A DNA stretch of 63,965 bases, counting the filler, from Psammoneis japonica (taxonomy: Eukaryota), in assembly GCA_008632985.1 (NCBI GenBank). It is 4 parts of 4 records of this genome, joined end to end, with 100 filler letters (N's around TTAATTAATTAA, not from the genome) between each part and the next. Parts side by side here need not be neighbours in the genome. Positions count along the whole stretch, not along the records: positions 62,737 to 63,965 come from QPGO01000463.1; 3 more parts are not named here. The stretch is one strand, 5' to 3'. Positions within the stretch are counted from its first letter, which is position 1, and each line of letters starts with the position of its first letter. Under the pieces are notes generated by a model, which saw only the letters and a program-made list of their open reading frames with translations, was not told the origin of the DNA and ran no database searches. A program made the translations under genes and the position numbers. Below, piece by piece: positions 62,737-63,965 of the stretch.

Positions 62737-63965
62737 GATGCTGGAGGTTAGTGGGGTCAATGGGAGAATCCTCAGTTCCGTCGTTGGTGTGTCGGAAAGC
62801 CTTCGAATGTGTCGAAATATTGGTCTGTCTGTCCGGCTGTCCGAAAACGAGCGCGTTGATTTCCTTCACGATCTCGCGAAGGGGGATGAGATCACGCATC
62901 GCTTGGGAGAGGGCGACACACTCGGCTTCCATGGTAGAGAGTGCGACGAGGGTTTGTAACTTGGACACCCAGACAATCGGACATCCTGCACAATAAATGA
63001 CACACCCCGTGCGTGACTTGACAGACGTGGGATCTTGTCCATCTTCAACACTGAAGAGTCCCGCGAAATCAGCATCAACATGGCAGTCGAGTCGTTGATC
63101 GGCGGTTGGAGTTAGGATAAGTCCTTTATCGGCCGCATCCTTCAGGTGACGAAGAATGCGCTTGATGGCCGCAGCGTGGGAGGCCTTGGGTGCGCAGGAG
63201 AACCGTGCGACTTGATGGGTCGCGCAAGCAATGTCCGGGCGGCTGTCAGACGCTAGACACATCAGCATGCCGTCCACGGAACGGCAGTCATAAGGCTCTT
63301 CGAACGGTGGCCCGTCGGTGTCGCTGCCAGCAGGAGCAGGCAAGGCAGGAGTGGGTGCGCCGTTGCACTCAGTCATCTGTGCGGTGCGGAGAACTTTCTC
63401 AATTAGGCCGGGTTGGGTCAGGAGGAATCGGCCGTCTTCGAGCTTTTGAATCTTGATACCTGGAAAGTTACCGACTTCGCCTTCATCATAGATATCAAAG
63501 ACATGGCGTTGCTCATCGTTAGAAACACCCAACTTGGCAATCTCTGCTTCCAAGGCTTGGGCCGATGCGCCGGCGAACACGGTGTCATCAACATGCACCA
63601 CACATGAACATGCCCTTTTTGAAATAAAGACAAGGGTCAATGGCGGATTGAATCCATCCTCTTTCGAGCAATCCGTCCCTCAGCTTTTCATGGAAGCACT
63701 TGGGAGACTGGCGCAGGCCGCACAGGCCTTTCAACAATTTCAGTGCCAGATCGGCGCCCGATTTTGGCTGGAAACCCTTGGGAGGCTCTACACAGACCTT
63801 CTCCTTGACATCAGCTTGGCAGAAGGCTGCAGTGCAGTCCACTTGACGTGTAGTCCAACCTTCCTTGAGTGCCGTGGTGAGGAGAAGGCGCATGGACGAC
63901 CATTGCACTGCCGGCGCGTGGGTCTCGAAAAAATCGATCCCGTGTTTCTGCAAATCGCCGCGAAC
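62737..63965 (-). mobile_element. Ty1/copia (CoDi-like) RT/RNase H, relatively young copy with systematic Tyr->Cys/His changes
   Basis: GIDFFETHAP, QVDCTAAF, LCGLRQSP, VHVDD, CRSVDGMLMCL, SRPDIAC, ILRHLK, DCHVDADFAG, SRTGC, STMEAEC. One frameshift near 63620. Confidence 0.95.

Noticed and set aside
62737..63965. Alternative genetic code or recoding of TGY/CAY as Tyr
   Set aside because: Host genes use TAY normally, and the same site is Cys in one TE copy and His in another, which indicates mutation.

Overview
Eukaryotic nuclear DNA, most likely from a pennate diatom. This is inferred from short GTGAGT...AG introns, CoDi-like copia remnants and a NOX with a membrane insert in its dehydrogenase domain. 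The window is not contiguous: four assembly pieces (1-29857, 29958-59728, 59829-62636, 62737-63965) are joined by artificial 100-nt N44-TTAATTAATTAA-N44 linkers. Piece 1 is a ~15-kb tandem array with at least 3 units. Each unit carries an NADPH oxidase/ferric reductase gene, TE remnants and an unusual type-II membrane protein: MLKL/HeLo-like four-helix bundle + intact kinase + TM + Pro/Thr stalk + FG-GAP propeller. Piece 2 holds ordinary genes (alpha/beta hydrolase, ANKIB1-like RBR E3 ligase, ARL6IP4-like protein), a ~9-kb TE graveyard with nested MITEs, and a giant surface protein with bacterial-type repeat domains and an Arg/Tyr/Pro tail. Pieces 3-4 hold a 23-bp satellite and TE remnants. 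The strongest signal is that TE-derived DNA is almost free of the dinucleotide TpA. Comparison of two copies of one copia family shows TA converted to TG or CA (Tyr to Cys/His at conserved tyrosines), while host genes, even tandemly duplicated ones, are spared. This looks like a TE-targeted A:T to G:C hypermutation process running opposite to fungal RIP. Many frameshifts in genes are probably assembly indels. All domain calls are by eye, without database searches.
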